A stretch of 64,000 nt of DNA from an uncultured Bacteroidaceae bacterium (GCA_964420035.1 CAYQQR010000021.1:430-64429), one strand, 5' to 3'; counted from the first letter of the stretch, positions 36,874-48,369 are shown. Numbers and translations are program-made. Notes: generated by a model not told the origin, from the sequence alone.

Positions 36874-39800
36874 CTATTCTGAACCCTCTCCGGGAGGTGG
36901 CATGGGTATTCCCTGCCCGGAATAGCTTTGCAGAAACTGCATGAAGATTTCCGAGATATAATTATTCAGGTTCGGATCGGATGATTCCGCGGTAATTTGC
37001 CTGAGATTCTGTAAAATCTGGAGATTCAGCCTGATCTCATAATCTATGGTATTTTTGAATTTCGGCTTAAGACTCAGGTAACAGGCCAGTTCATTCTCAA
37101 GAATGCCTGCAAATTCATAAGCAATGCTATCGGCCCGCCCCGCTTCTCCCGCGGCATAATAAGCTTCAATGACGGGCGGTACGAAGATGTCATAGGGAAT
37201 TCTTTCATGGGGGGTGAGCTCCATGATACGGTCAAGAACAACCACTGCAGAATCCTTTTTACCTTCAGCAATAAGTTCCTCGGCAAGCCGGCTGTGGATG
37301 TTTCGAATCTTTATAACCGACAGGGTGTGCATGGTGGTGTGATCCAGGTAGACATCGGGTTCGTTTATCCGGCCCCAGCGGAAGGTATTCATCACGCGAT
37401 CATAGAGTATGTCCGTGTTGATACTCCCGTAATTCAGAAAACTGCTCCCGGTGCTTTCGATAGGAACCAGCCTGTAGGACAGGCCATCCATGCGGAAATA
37501 TTTTTCCAGGCTGAGCGCTCCTTCATTCCCGGCAGCTACGAAATTAACGGGACGGTTCCAGTTGTTATTGGCAATGATATCCAACTGGATCATGCTGGAT
37601 TTCATGATAGAATTCCGGTTGATCTGCCAGCGAATTTCGGGTACGATCTTATCAGCATCTTCAGGAGGTACGGTTCCATTCAGAATGACCTTAATGCTGT
37701 CAACAGGAAGCCTGAAATTCTTCGTGGGGATATAATCCACCGAAAGGCCCTGCCGTAGCTGGAGTTGTGAGTTCCTACTGTCATCCTGGATGAAATCGAT
37801 CACCTGGCCCAGGTCGACATGATCCTCGATCTTTTCCAGCATGTAGACCCTCCCGTTGGTTCCTTCCTCATACTTATCATGGGTGAGGGTGATGGGCAGG
37901 GGTTCGGATTCATAGGCCTTATATTTCATCTGATCGATGTTCCAACTCATATTCAGGAGCATCAGGTTGGCAACCCGTACATCGGTACGGATCCCTTCCA
38001 CGTCCTGGGCATACCACAAGGGGTAGGTGTCGTTGTCTCCATTGGTAAATAAAACCGCATTTTCATCACAGGAATTCAGGTAATTAAAAGCAATATCCCT
38101 GGCTGCATATCTTCCTGAACGGTCGTGATCATCCCGGTTTTCGCGGGCCATGATACCGGGTACCAGCACCAGGGCTGTGAGGGTTGCCGCGATAGCGCTT
38201 ATCGCGCGCGGTATCTTACCCGAAAGGGCATCATAAACAGCCAGTACGCCCAGTCCGATCCAGATGGCAAAGGCATAGAAGGAACCGGCATAGGCATAAT
38301 CCCGTTCCCTGGGCTCATAGGGTTTCTGGTTAAGGTACACCACGATAGCCAGACCGGTAAAGATGAACAGAAGGCCGACCACCCAGGCATCCCGCTTATT
38401 CTTGTTGATTTGTGTAAGAAGTCCCAGGAGACCCAGCAATAGGGGAAGAAAGTAATACTCATTCCTGGCTTCATGGTTTTTCCATTTACCGGGCAGGTCT
38501 TCCTGTGAGCCCAGGCGGGCTTCATCAATGAATTTGATGCCACTGAGCCAGTTGCCTTTGAGGACAGAACCATCCGCCTGTATGTCATTTTGTTTTCCCA
38601 CAAAGTTCCACATGAAATAGCGGATGTACATATGATTGATCTGATAGCTGAAGAAGAATTTCAGGTTCTCGCCAAATGTGGGCTTCTTGACCACCTTCGA
38701 TTCTCCCTGGTTATCGGTGATACGAATAGATTCTCCCTCGACAAATTGTTTGTAGTAATCGACATGCCTGGGATCGGCACTGTGCATCCTCGGGAAGAAA
38801 GTCAGAAATCGCTCATCGTATTCATATTCCACCTTCCGGTTGATGATCACATATTTACCATCCCGCTGAGCATAAGTCGGACGGCCATCTTTGGTTCCTT
38901 CGATGGGGGCATTATAGTATGGTCCGCGGAATAAAGGTGTTTCCCCGTACTGCTCCCGGTTCAGGTAAGACATCAAGGAAAAGATATCGTCCGGATTATT
39001 CATATCCATGGGTGGATTGGCCAGGGATCGGATCACAATGGTCGCGTAGGAAGAATATCCCAGCATCACAGCCATAAATCCAACGATCAGGGTGTTCAGG
39101 ACCACCATTCTCTTTCTTACCGTGTAACGGATTCCGATCACAAACAGGGCAATCACCAGGGCCAGGTAGAAAAATACGCCTGTATGGTAGGGCAGACCGA
39201 AACCGTTGACAAACAAGAGTTCAAACCAGGAAGCCCTCTTGGCAAAACCTTTGAGAACCACCACCAGCATGAAGCCCAGGATCAGGACACTGACCAGGAA
39301 AGCATAAAATATCCCCCTGTTGGTCACAGGATATTTCCTGTAATAATAAACGAATACAATAGCCGGTATGGCCAGCAGGTTCAGCAGGTGAATTCCGATA
39401 GAGAGGCCCATCAGGTAGGCGATAAGGATGAGCCAGCGGTTGGCATAGGGTTCGTCGGCTGTGTTTTCCCATTTCAGGATGGCCCAGAAAACAATGGCCG
39501 TGAAAAAGGAGGATAGGGCATATACTTCACCTTCCACCGCGGAAAACCAGAAGGTATCGGAAAAGGTATAGGCCAGGGCTCCAACCAGTCCGGCACCCAA
39601 TACAGCCAGCATTTCACCTGCCTGGAGCTGGTCGGGTTCGTTAAACATCTTTCTGGCCAGGTGGGTAATGGTCCAGAACAAAAACATGATGGTGCCGGCT
39701 GAAGCCATGGCCGACATGCTGTTGACCATTCGGGCTACATTTGCAGGATCGGAAGCAAAGAGGGAAAATACCCGGCCCAGGATCATAAAGAAGGGAGCAC

Positions 39801-39957
39801 CCGGAGAATGGCCCACCTGAAGTTTGTATGCAGAAGCAATGAATTCACCGCAATCCCAGAAACTAACGGTGGGTTCCAGAGTAAGCTGATAGACAATGAA
39901 AGAACCTAAAAATAAGAGCCACCCCAGGGATTTATTGATCAAACCGAAATTTTTCAT
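36874..39957 (-). CDS. DUF2723 domain membrane protein (glycosyltransferase-C-like)
   Basis: 1027 aa. N-terminal SFWDCGEFIASAYKLQVGHSPGAPFF motif and many TM helices, then a large soluble C-terminal part. Confidence 0.7.
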   Translation of the reverse strand: MKNFGLINKSLGWLLFLGSFIVYQLTLEPTVSFWDCGEFIASAYKLQVGHSPGAPFFMILGRVFSLFASDPANVARMVNSMSAMASAGTIMFLFWTITHLARKMFNEPDQLQAGEMLAVLGAGLVGALAYTFSDTFWFSAVEGEVYALSSFFTAIVFWAILKWENTADEPYANRWLILIAYLMGLSIGIHLLNLLAIPAIVFVYYYRKYPVTNRGIFYAFLVSVLILGFMLVVVLKGFAKRASWFELLFVNGFGLPYHTGVFFYLALVIALFVIGIRYTVRKRMVVLNTLIVGFMAVMLGYSSYATIVIRSLANPPMDMNNPDDIFSLMSYLNREQYGETPLFRGPYYNAPIEGTKDGRPTYAQRDGKYVIINRKVEYEYDERFLTFFPRMHSADPRHVDYYKQFVEGESIRITDNQGESKVVKKPTFGENLKFFFSYQINHMYIRYFMWNFVGKQNDIQADGSVLKGNWLSGIKFIDEARLGSQEDLPGKWKNHEARNEYYFLPLLLGLLGLLTQINKNKRDAWVVGLLFIFTGLAIVVYLNQKPYEPRERDYAYAGSFYAFAIWIGLGVLAVYDALSGKIPRAISAIAATLTALVLVPGIMARENRDDHDRSGRYAARDIAFNYLNSCDENAVLFTNGDNDTYPLWYAQDVEGIRTDVRVANLMLLNMSWNIDQMKYKAYESEPLPITLTHDKYEEGTNGRVYMLEKIEDHVDLGQVIDFIQDDSRNSQLQLRQGLSVDYIPTKNFRLPVDSIKVILNGTVPPEDADKIVPEIRWQINRNSIMKSSMIQLDIIANNNWNRPVNFVAAGNEGALSLEKYFRMDGLSYRLVPIESTGSSFLNYGSINTDILYDRVMNTFRWGRINEPDVYLDHTTMHTLSVIKIRNIHSRLAEELIAEGKKDSAVVVLDRIMELTPHERIPYDIFVPPVIEAYYAAGEAGRADSIAYEFAGILENELACYLSLKPKFKNTIDYEIRLNLQILQNLRQITAESSDPNLNNYISEIFMQFLQSYSGQGIPMPPPGEGSE

Positions 39958-40030
39958 GAATACTGAAGATTGTATATGGTATCCAACTACCTTACACGGG
40001 CAAGGGCGAAGATAATAATTTTAGGCTGTA

Positions 40031-40072
40031 GTTCAATGTTATTGGTTCTCTGTTCTCTGTTCTCTGTTATCT
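40031..40072. repeat. heptamer array (gttcaat gttattg gttctct gttctct gttctct gttatct)
   Basis: Read directly. The last unit merges into the TAtcTTTG promoter box upstream of yciH. Confidence 0.75.
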
Positions 40073-40075
40073 TTG
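40068..40075 (+). promoter_or_regulatory. -7 box TATCTTTG upstream of yciH
   Basis: Perfect TAnnTTTG, 17 nt upstream of the ATG at 40092. Confidence 0.45.
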
Positions 40076-40091
40076 CAAGAAATTGGAGGTT

Positions 40092-40439
40092 ATGGGTGAA
40101 AAGAGTCACAGAAGGAGGAAGGGGATCGTTTATTCTACTGATCCGGATTTTGAATATTCTGAAGGATCAGCGGATCAGCAGGAAACCCTGTCCCCGGATC
40201 AACAAGATCTCCTGGTTCGCGTTGAAAGAAAAGGCAGAAAAGGAAAGACCCTTACCATACTCTCGGGATTTACCGGCAGCCGCGAGGATTTGAAAGACCT
40301 GGCAAAAAAGCTCAAAAAAAAGTGTGGTACCGGGGGAAGCGAGGACGGGGCGGATATTTTGATCCAGGGTGATTTCAGGAAAAAGATCAGGGACCTGCTC
40401 AGTGATGAAGGATATAAGGTACGCGTATCGGGAGGGTAA
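40092..40439 (+). CDS. yciH: SUI1/YciH family translation initiation factor-like protein
   Basis: KGRKGKTLTILSGF ... KKLKKKCGTGGS ... ILIQGDFRKKI pattern of the SUI1 fold. ATG at 40092 preferred over the TTG at 40083. Confidence 0.8.
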   Translation: MGEKSHRRRKGIVYSTDPDFEYSEGSADQQETLSPDQQDLLVRVERKGRKGKTLTILSGFTGSREDLKDLAKKLKKKCGTGGSEDGADILIQGDFRKKIRDLLSDEGYKVRVSGG

Positions 40440-40446
40440 AAGCTTC

Positions 40447-43302
40447 GTGAAAAGTCATTTGAATTCCATTATTACCGGGTTCATGATATGGATGCTTCTG
40501 TGCACCCTTGCACCGGTTCACATCCATGCCCAGTTCTATGACCGGGGCAATCCTCCCATCGGCCGGAAATGGATTCGGATTAAGACACGCAATTTCAATG
40601 TCATCGCACCTGATTATTTCATAGACCAGGGCAAGCAATACGCTTCCCGCCTGGAAATGTATTACGATGCCAATTCCGAACTGCTGCAACACAAGCCTGC
40701 CAAGGTACCCGTGGTGATCCATCCCACCTCGGTCGAATCAAACGGTTTCGTAGCCTGGGCCCCCAAAAGAATGGAACTGATCAGCACCCCCAGGGTGGAT
40801 AGCTATGCAGAACCCTGGATGGATCAGCTGGTCAAGCATGAATTCAGACATGTGGTGCAGGTGGATAAGCTGAAGCAGGGCTTCACACGCTACCTCAGTT
40901 GGTTCACGGGAGAACAGGCCGTTGGCATCGCGGCCGCGGCAGTGCCTTTCTGGTTCCTGGAAGGGGATGCCGTAGATGCCGAAACCAGGCTTTCCCATGC
41001 AGGACGGGGCAGGCTTCCTTCTTTTTCCATGGAGCTCAAGGCCATCCGGGATAGTGAATCAGGTGCCTACAGCTATGAGAAAGCCTATTACGGCTCTTAT
41101 AAGGACCATGTTCCCAACCATTACCAATTGGGTTATCAGATGGTACGCTATGGCAGGGAGCAATACGGCGACCGTTTGTGGGACGAAGTGCTCGATTATA
41201 CCGGCCGTTATACATTTACCATGCTGCCTTTTTATTTCGGACTGAAAAAGCAAACGGGTTTATCCAAAAGACAGTTGTACCGGGAGACCATGGATCATCT
41301 GAAGAAACAAACCGCATCGGAACAGGTTCAGTGGAAACCCGGCTCCCTGGTGATCAATCCCCCGAGCAGGGAATATACCGCCTACCGCATGGCCAGCGTA
41401 CTGCCAACAGGAGAGGTTCTTGCTGAAAAAAGGAGCCTGGACGACATACCCCGTTTCGTGCTCATCGACAGTACCGGCAGGGAAAAGATCATCCATACCC
41501 CCGGGTTTTATTATCCGGTTAATATTTCCCTGGTCGGCAACCGTTTGGTATGGGCCGAAACGGTGGGCGATCCCCTGTGGAGCTATCGTTCATACTCGGT
41601 GATCAAGACCCTGGATATGACCAGCGGTAAAGAACGGATGGTCACCCGGCAAAGCCGGTTGTTCACGCCCGTTCTTCATTCAGACGGTTTGAGGATCGCT
41701 GCAGTTCATGTCAGTCCGGGAAATAAATATGCCATACAGATCATTGCCCTGAATTCCGGTGATGTGATCGCTTCCTTTGATGTCCCTCAAAATGAATATC
41801 CCCAATATCTGACCTGGCTGGATGAACATCGCCTGGGCATGACCCTGCTCGGCAATAAAGGGAAATCTTTATATTTACTCGATCTCGGGTCGGGGCGTTT
41901 CGAGCAGATCACCGCATTCGGTTATGAAGACATGGCCGAACTGCAGGCCTGGGGCGAGGGCATTCTCTTCCGGAGTACCCGTTCCGGGACGGACAACATT
42001 CATTATTATGATTTGGAAGAACGAAAGGAGTACCGGCTCACCGATGCATCTTATGGTGCCTTTAACCCGACCTGGTCTGCGCCGGACAGTTCATTGGTCT
42101 ATTCTGATTACTCTTCGCGGGGCTACGATCTTGTCACAGTCCCTGCCCGGGACCTTCTGTGGAAAGATGTTCCTACAGATAGCAAAGTACTCAGGCAACC
42201 TCATCCCTATGCTGAGGAACCCCCTGACCCGGAAGAAATAAAAGTCGAACCCTACAACCGGCTTGCACAGTTTTTCAGGTTGCACAGCTGGTCGCCCTTT
42301 TATTTTGATTACAACGATCCCGATGTGGAAGATCCGAAGGTTGCCCCGGGGGTCACCCTGCTTTCACAAAACCTGCTCAGCACTGCCACAACCGTCCTGG
42401 GCTATGAATACCGTGACGGGGACCATCTGCTGCATACCCGTCTCTTATACGAGGGAATCTGGCCCCATATAAGTCTGGGCTGGGATTACGGCGGCCTTCC
42501 CCTGATCACCCAGGCTCCGGACGGGGTGGACCCACCCGGAAAAGTGAACAGAAGGAACAGTTTCAGCCTGAAAGCTTCTTTTCCGCTTGATCTGACGGCC
42601 AACCGTTTTGTTACCAGGATGGTGCCCTCTGCAGAATGGTCCTACACCAATGCATATTTTTTCTACCGCTCGGATCAGACTTATCGTTCCGGCATAAATT
42701 ACATGGATTTCCGGTTTTATTTCTACAATTTCCTGAAAACTTCAGCCAGGGATATTTTACCCCGATGGGGACAGGTTTATAGTCTTAGGCTTTTCAATGC
42801 ACCCTTTGAAAACGAACAACTCGGATCGATAAGTTCGGGCCGGGCCACCTGGTACCTGCCGGGTATCCTGAAGCATCACAGTCTGAAATTAGGTGCCGCA
42901 TTTCAGAACCAGGATACAAAACGCTTTCTCTTTGGCAATCATATACGATATCCCCGGGGCATGACCGGTTATACCAGTGAGCAATTGAGACTGCTCAGTG
43001 CCGATTATGTTTTACCCCTCTTTTATCCCGATTGGAACATTGGGTCGGTAGCTTATATCAAGCGATTCCGGGCAAGCTTGTATGCCGACTATGTCATGGG
43101 GAAGAACGTCTATTTCCCGGGGGCCGACGGTACCGAAGTCATTGACCTGGACCGGTCCTCCTTTGGTTTCACGCTTACTGCAGACTTTCATCCTTTTCAT
43201 TCCTTCTTTCCGGTGAACAGCGGCATACAACTCACTTATCTTCCCCACAGCGGAGAATGGGTTCCCGGGTTCATTCTGGGAATCGACCTGAATAGCTTCT
43301 AA
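40447..43302 (+). CDS. secreted protein: HExxH (MA-clan-like) domain + PD40/TolB-like propeller repeats + C-terminal beta-barrel-like region
   Basis: GTG start 8 nt after the yciH stop. Signal-like MIWMLLCTLAPVHIHAQ. HEFRH at nt 40837-40851 with FLEGDAVDAE 36 aa downstream. Terminal residue is Phe (LGIDLNSF). Confidence 0.55.
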   Translation: MKSHLNSIITGFMIWMLLCTLAPVHIHAQFYDRGNPPIGRKWIRIKTRNFNVIAPDYFIDQGKQYASRLEMYYDANSELLQHKPAKVPVVIHPTSVESNGFVAWAPKRMELISTPRVDSYAEPWMDQLVKHEFRHVVQVDKLKQGFTRYLSWFTGEQAVGIAAAAVPFWFLEGDAVDAETRLSHAGRGRLPSFSMELKAIRDSESGAYSYEKAYYGSYKDHVPNHYQLGYQMVRYGREQYGDRLWDEVLDYTGRYTFTMLPFYFGLKKQTGLSKRQLYRETMDHLKKQTASEQVQWKPGSLVINPPSREYTAYRMASVLPTGEVLAEKRSLDDIPRFVLIDSTGREKIIHTPGFYYPVNISLVGNRLVWAETVGDPLWSYRSYSVIKTLDMTSGKERMVTRQSRLFTPVLHSDGLRIAAVHVSPGNKYAIQIIALNSGDVIASFDVPQNEYPQYLTWLDEHRLGMTLLGNKGKSLYLLDLGSGRFEQITAFGYEDMAELQAWGEGILFRSTRSGTDNIHYYDLEERKEYRLTDASYGAFNPTWSAPDSSLVYSDYSSRGYDLVTVPARDLLWKDVPTDSKVLRQPHPYAEEPPDPEEIKVEPYNRLAQFFRLHSWSPFYFDYNDPDVEDPKVAPGVTLLSQNLLSTATTVLGYEYRDGDHLLHTRLLYEGIWPHISLGWDYGGLPLITQAPDGVDPPGKVNRRNSFSLKASFPLDLTANRFVTRMVPSAEWSYTNAYFFYRSDQTYRSGINYMDFRFYFYNFLKTSARDILPRWGQVYSLRLFNAPFENEQLGSISSGRATWYLPGILKHHSLKLGAAFQNQDTKRFLFGNHIRYPRGMTGYTSEQLRLLSADYVLPLFYPDWNIGSVAYIKRFRASLYADYVMGKNVYFPGADGTEVIDLDRSSFGFTLTADFHPFHSFFPVNSGIQLTYLPHSGEWVPGFILGIDLNSF

Positions 43303-43886
43303 TCTCCTGCCTGAGCACCCAACTCCTGTGAAATCTTAATATAGCCCGGATAATACACGGGCCTTTTCCCGATCAGAATAGAGGGCCTGACTTTTACGGT
43401 GAGCCGTGAACTGTAGCCGGGTCTTTCCGACAGTGAAAGCACCAGGTTCGTGATGGATTGAAGGCTGGACAGCTTAAACACCTCCAGAAAGTTTAGTTTT
43501 GTGCTTACCGGTATGGAAACGGTTTCTCCCGGGGGGATAACAATCTTTCTATCGATTTTGTCCCGGGTCATTTCAACATCATCGAGGTATAAAATGTATT
43601 CCAATTCATTCATGGCGGCCGGAAGGCTGTTTGGATTCCTGGCTTGCAGGATCAGGGTCATTTGCAAGGGGAGATCCCCGGAAAGAAGGGCATTGGACAG
43701 GCTTGCCATCTGCAGCATATTCAGGTCTTTGTAACTATGGATATCATCAAGGACAATCCCGGCCATCTGAAGATCGCTGATCCGGTCGTACCGAAATTCA
43801 CAGCGTGTCAGGGTCCTGGTTTCCCGGATGGTACTGCAGGAAACAAGAAGAAAAAAGAAAAGCAAAAAAAGCGGTAGGTTTTTCAT
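43299..43886 (-). CDS. putative LEA_2/WHy-like lipoprotein
   Basis: Lipoprotein signal LLFFFLLVSCS. Family call is tentative. Confidence 0.4.
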   Translation of the reverse strand: MKNLPLFLLFFFLLVSCSTIRETRTLTRCEFRYDRISDLQMAGIVLDDIHSYKDLNMLQMASLSNALLSGDLPLQMTLILQARNPNSLPAAMNELEYILYLDDVEMTRDKIDRKIVIPPGETVSIPVSTKLNFLEVFKLSSLQSITNLVLSLSERPGYSSRLTVKVRPSILIGKRPVYYPGYIKISQELGAQAGD

Positions 43887-43898
43887 CGAGAATATGGG

Positions 43899-43906
43899 TA
43901 TTTTTG
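43899..43906 (+). promoter_or_regulatory. -7 box TATTTTTG upstream of the TonB-like gene
   Basis: Perfect TAnnTTTG, 47 nt upstream of the ATG at 43953. Confidence 0.4.
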
Positions 43907-43952
43907 CATCCGAAACGTTAATATTTGACGGGATATTGCAAATTAAACAAAT

Positions 43953-44684
43953 ATGTTTCCCGCTGAAATGAGATCATTCTTGAAAAACCATATGAACGGT
44001 ATTCTGGGAACCATCATATTTCATATGTTGCTGGTGGTGATGTTTCTTATATTACAGATCCGTTCGGAACGAAGGGAACGGATGAGGGAAATGGTGGTGG
44101 AATTCATGGAGTCAGAAATGCCGGAGTTAAGCCGGGAAGAAGAAGCGGATGGGGAAGAGGTCAACTTGCCGGTCCGGCAAGCCCTGATGGAAAGAACGCG
44201 TAACATTCCCGTGAACATTTCGCGAAAGCTCGAGGAGGAACTCAGTACAAAGGAATATGAAGAGCGAATGCTGAGGGAGCTGGAAGAGAACCGGCCCGAA
44301 GAATATAAAAAGCTGCAGGAAAGATTGAGCAACCTGGAGGCAGAGTACCGGGAAGTGCTCGAGGAACCGGAACCTGTTGAGGAAGAGCCTCCCGCCTATG
44401 AGGGTCCCACCCGTATCTATTATGATCTGAAGGACCGGCATCACCTGTACCTGCATCTGCCGGTCTATTTGTGTGAAGGCAGTGGGGTAGTTGAGGTGGT
44501 TCTTAACGTAAACCAGAAGGGTTATGTAACCCGGGTATCGGTCCCGGATCTCGGGGATGACATGAATGCCCTCTGCCTGGCGGAAGCTGCCAGGGAAGCA
44601 GCGGCCCAATCACGCTTCAATCCCGACCCCTCTGCACCGCCCAGTCAGGAAGGGAGCATTACCTATCATTTTGTTGCCCAGTGA
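43953..44684 (+). CDS. TonB-like energy transducer family protein
   Basis: N-terminal TM anchor, Glu/Pro-rich linker, C-terminal GSGVVEVVLNVNQKGYV ... ITYHF TonB-C-like fold. Confidence 0.45.
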   Translation: MFPAEMRSFLKNHMNGILGTIIFHMLLVVMFLILQIRSERRERMREMVVEFMESEMPELSREEEADGEEVNLPVRQALMERTRNIPVNISRKLEEELSTKEYEERMLRELEENRPEEYKKLQERLSNLEAEYREVLEEPEPVEEEPPAYEGPTRIYYDLKDRHHLYLHLPVYLCEGSGVVEVVLNVNQKGYVTRVSVPDLGDDMNALCLAEAAREAAAQSRFNPDPSAPPSQEGSITYHFVAQ

Positions 44685-44689
44685 CCCGC

Positions 44690-45682
44690 TCAGGAAGCGG
44701 CGTCAAATAGTCCGCGCGCTTTTTCAGCCAAGACATGCAAATCCTGCTCCAGCATACACCGGAAATGTTTTTTGGGACATTTTTGAAAACCAATCTTGGA
44801 ACAGGGCCGGCAGCTTAAAGCCTTTACTTCGAAGATCTCCGAATCCGGACCGGGCATATAAGGATACATCCCGAATTTGGGAACCGTATTGCCCCAGACG
44901 GACAGGATGTTTTTTTTGAATGCCGCGGCTATATGCATCATGCCTGTATCGTGGGTAATGACCAGCCTGGATTGCTGCAGCAGTGATGCAGAACCATTGA
45001 GGCTAAAACGTCCGCAGGCATTGAACACCGCAGTTCCTGACCTCTTTGCAATCTCTTCTCCGGATTGCAGGTCCCCGGGCCCCCCAAGCAAAACAACCGG
45101 TTTCTGAAGGAGATCCACCAGTTCCACCTGTTGATCCCGGATGAGTTTTTTTGTATCGTGTTTCGCTCCGATGGCCAGGGCTATAAACCCCTTTTGAAAT
45201 TCACGGGGCAATTGATCCGGCTGGACGGACTCTTCAGCAGGGATGAAATAATCCAGTCCCTTACCGTCGTTTTTAACGTCAAACAAACGGACCGTTTCCA
45301 TATACCGGTCGACAATATGCAGGCCGGGAAGACGATCCCGCTTGAAATTAACAAGCAACCACTTCTGCCAGTTAAGTTTATCGAAGGAAAAACTCATCCT
45401 TTTGAGGCGCGACTTTACCAGGCCGCTCCTGAGGTTATGATGCAGATCGATAATATAGTCAACAGGGGTCTCTTGGATCTCCCGGATCACTGGCAGGAGG
45501 GTTTCCTGGAGTACATGAACCCGGTCGACGTAAGGATTGGACTCTATCAGGGGTGCATAGGCTTTTTTGGTGAGATAGTGTATCCTTGCCGATCCAACCT
45601 GTTCTTTTAGACAACGAATCACGGGGGTGGTAAGTACAATGTCTCCAATGGAGCTGAACCGTATGATCAGGAAGGTGATCAC
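44690..45682 (-). CDS. glycosyltransferase family 9 (heptosyltransferase-like)
   Basis: IIRFSSIGDIVLTTPVIRCLK N-terminus and TGMMHIAAA motif. Confidence 0.8.
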   Translation of the reverse strand: MITFLIIRFSSIGDIVLTTPVIRCLKEQVGSARIHYLTKKAYAPLIESNPYVDRVHVLQETLLPVIREIQETPVDYIIDLHHNLRSGLVKSRLKRMSFSFDKLNWQKWLLVNFKRDRLPGLHIVDRYMETVRLFDVKNDGKGLDYFIPAEESVQPDQLPREFQKGFIALAIGAKHDTKKLIRDQQVELVDLLQKPVVLLGGPGDLQSGEEIAKRSGTAVFNACGRFSLNGSASLLQQSRLVITHDTGMMHIAAAFKKNILSVWGNTVPKFGMYPYMPGPDSEIFEVKALSCRPCSKIGFQKCPKKHFRCMLEQDLHVLAEKARGLFDAAS

Positions 45683-46431
45683 GGCAGTTCGTTTTTATTT
45701 TTTCTCAGGGTGTTAAAGAAGAATATCAGGGACAGCCAGTATTCATCCTGTACCGGGTGGGATTTGGTTAACATTTCCGTTCCCCTGTAATCAACCAGCG
45801 TTTCAGGGGTGAAGATGGTGCGGGACGCGGCTTCCATCTTCTCAAAAAGTGTTTTCAGATATCCGGTTTCCAGGGTGGAGCCGGCGGCAAAAACTGGTTT
45901 GTGAAGGTCTTGTATGCTGTCGCGCACCACTATAAAGGGTTTGAAATATTCCCCCGGGCTGAGGGCAATGACAGCCTGCACACGCGGATCTTTGCAGGCT
46001 ATCAGCAAGGCAAGAGAAGCAGAAGAAGCATTGCCCATAAGGATGACCGGTTTTTCTGATTTCTCCCAAGCATACCGGATGGCGCCCAGTATATCTTTTT
46101 CAGCATCAGCAGGATTGATCAGGCCGGGTTCCTCGCGGGCCGTCTCTGCCGTTTTGTTTTTGACATAACCATATTTTTTGCCCGTACGCAGGTCGACTGC
46201 CAGGCAGTGATAATGAAACTTTACCAGACGGGGGGCGATCCGGCTGAATTCTCCGCGGCTTGACTGTTCTCCATGCAGGAGGATTATGTAAGAAGGAGCC
46301 AGGCTGCCAAGGTATTCATCTGCAGTAACCATCAGACTGTCTGAAGCGGGGAATTGTATGGTCCCGCGGGCTTGTTGCCCGCGGGAAAGGCTCGGCAGGA
46401 CCAAAATAATTAAGGTGGCAAGGAATTTCAT
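45679..46431 (-). CDS. alpha/beta hydrolase fold protein (secreted)
   Basis: Signal peptide. LLHGEQSSRGEF and MGNASSASLAL elbow-like motif. The nucleophile motif is non-canonical. Confidence 0.5.
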   Translation of the reverse strand: MKFLATLIILVLPSLSRGQQARGTIQFPASDSLMVTADEYLGSLAPSYIILLHGEQSSRGEFSRIAPRLVKFHYHCLAVDLRTGKKYGYVKNKTAETAREEPGLINPADAEKDILGAIRYAWEKSEKPVILMGNASSASLALLIACKDPRVQAVIALSPGEYFKPFIVVRDSIQDLHKPVFAAGSTLETGYLKTLFEKMEAASRTIFTPETLVDYRGTEMLTKSHPVQDEYWLSLIFFFNTLRKNKNELP

Positions 46432-46447
46432 AAATCTTCTGAAACGA

Positions 46448-46699
46448 TCAACTCAAAGTCTTTTCAGCCAGAATGATGACATGATTTTTCAGCACTTCAA
46501 TAACCCCTCCGCTGATCTCAAAAAACTTTTCTTTCCGGTTTTGCGTTTCGATGACCTTCACTTTACCCTGATGCAGGGTGGAAATGATAGGGGCGTGCTT
46601 GGTCAGTATTTGAAAGGGACCCTTGGTGCCGGGAACCTGGACCATGTCGATTTCTCCTTCATAGATTTTATGATCCGGGGTGATGATTTCCAAAAACAT
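46448..46699 (-). CDS. atpC: F0F1 ATP synthase subunit epsilon
   Basis: Start at MFLEIITPDHKIYEGEIDMVQVPG. Immediately downstream of atpD. Confidence 0.85.
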   Translation of the reverse strand: MFLEIITPDHKIYEGEIDMVQVPGTKGPFQILTKHAPIISTLHQGKVKVIETQNRKEKFFEISGGVIEVLKNHVIILAEKTLS

Positions 46700-46724
46700 A
46701 ACGTTCAGGCTTAAGCTGTTTCGA

Positions 46725-48248
<1,524 letters not shown>

Positions 48249-48266
48249 TCATGAAGATATCGAGAG

Positions 48267-48274
48267 CAAATGTA
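48267..48274 (-). promoter_or_regulatory. -7 box TACATTTG for atpDC
   Basis: Perfect TAnnTTTG on the minus strand, 37 nt upstream of the atpD ATG. Confidence 0.5.
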
Positions 48275-48336
48275 GTATTTTTCTACTAAATGTCCGGCTC
48301 CTCCCCCGAAAAGCCTTCCTGTACCGATATTATTTT

Positions 48337-48344
48337 TATTTTTG
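48337..48344 (+). promoter_or_regulatory. -7 box TATTTTTG upstream of the small OMP gene
   Basis: Perfect TAnnTTTG, 26 nt upstream of the ATG at 48370. Confidence 0.45.
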
Positions 48345-48369
48345 GGGAACAACTTGAAACAGAGCGACA

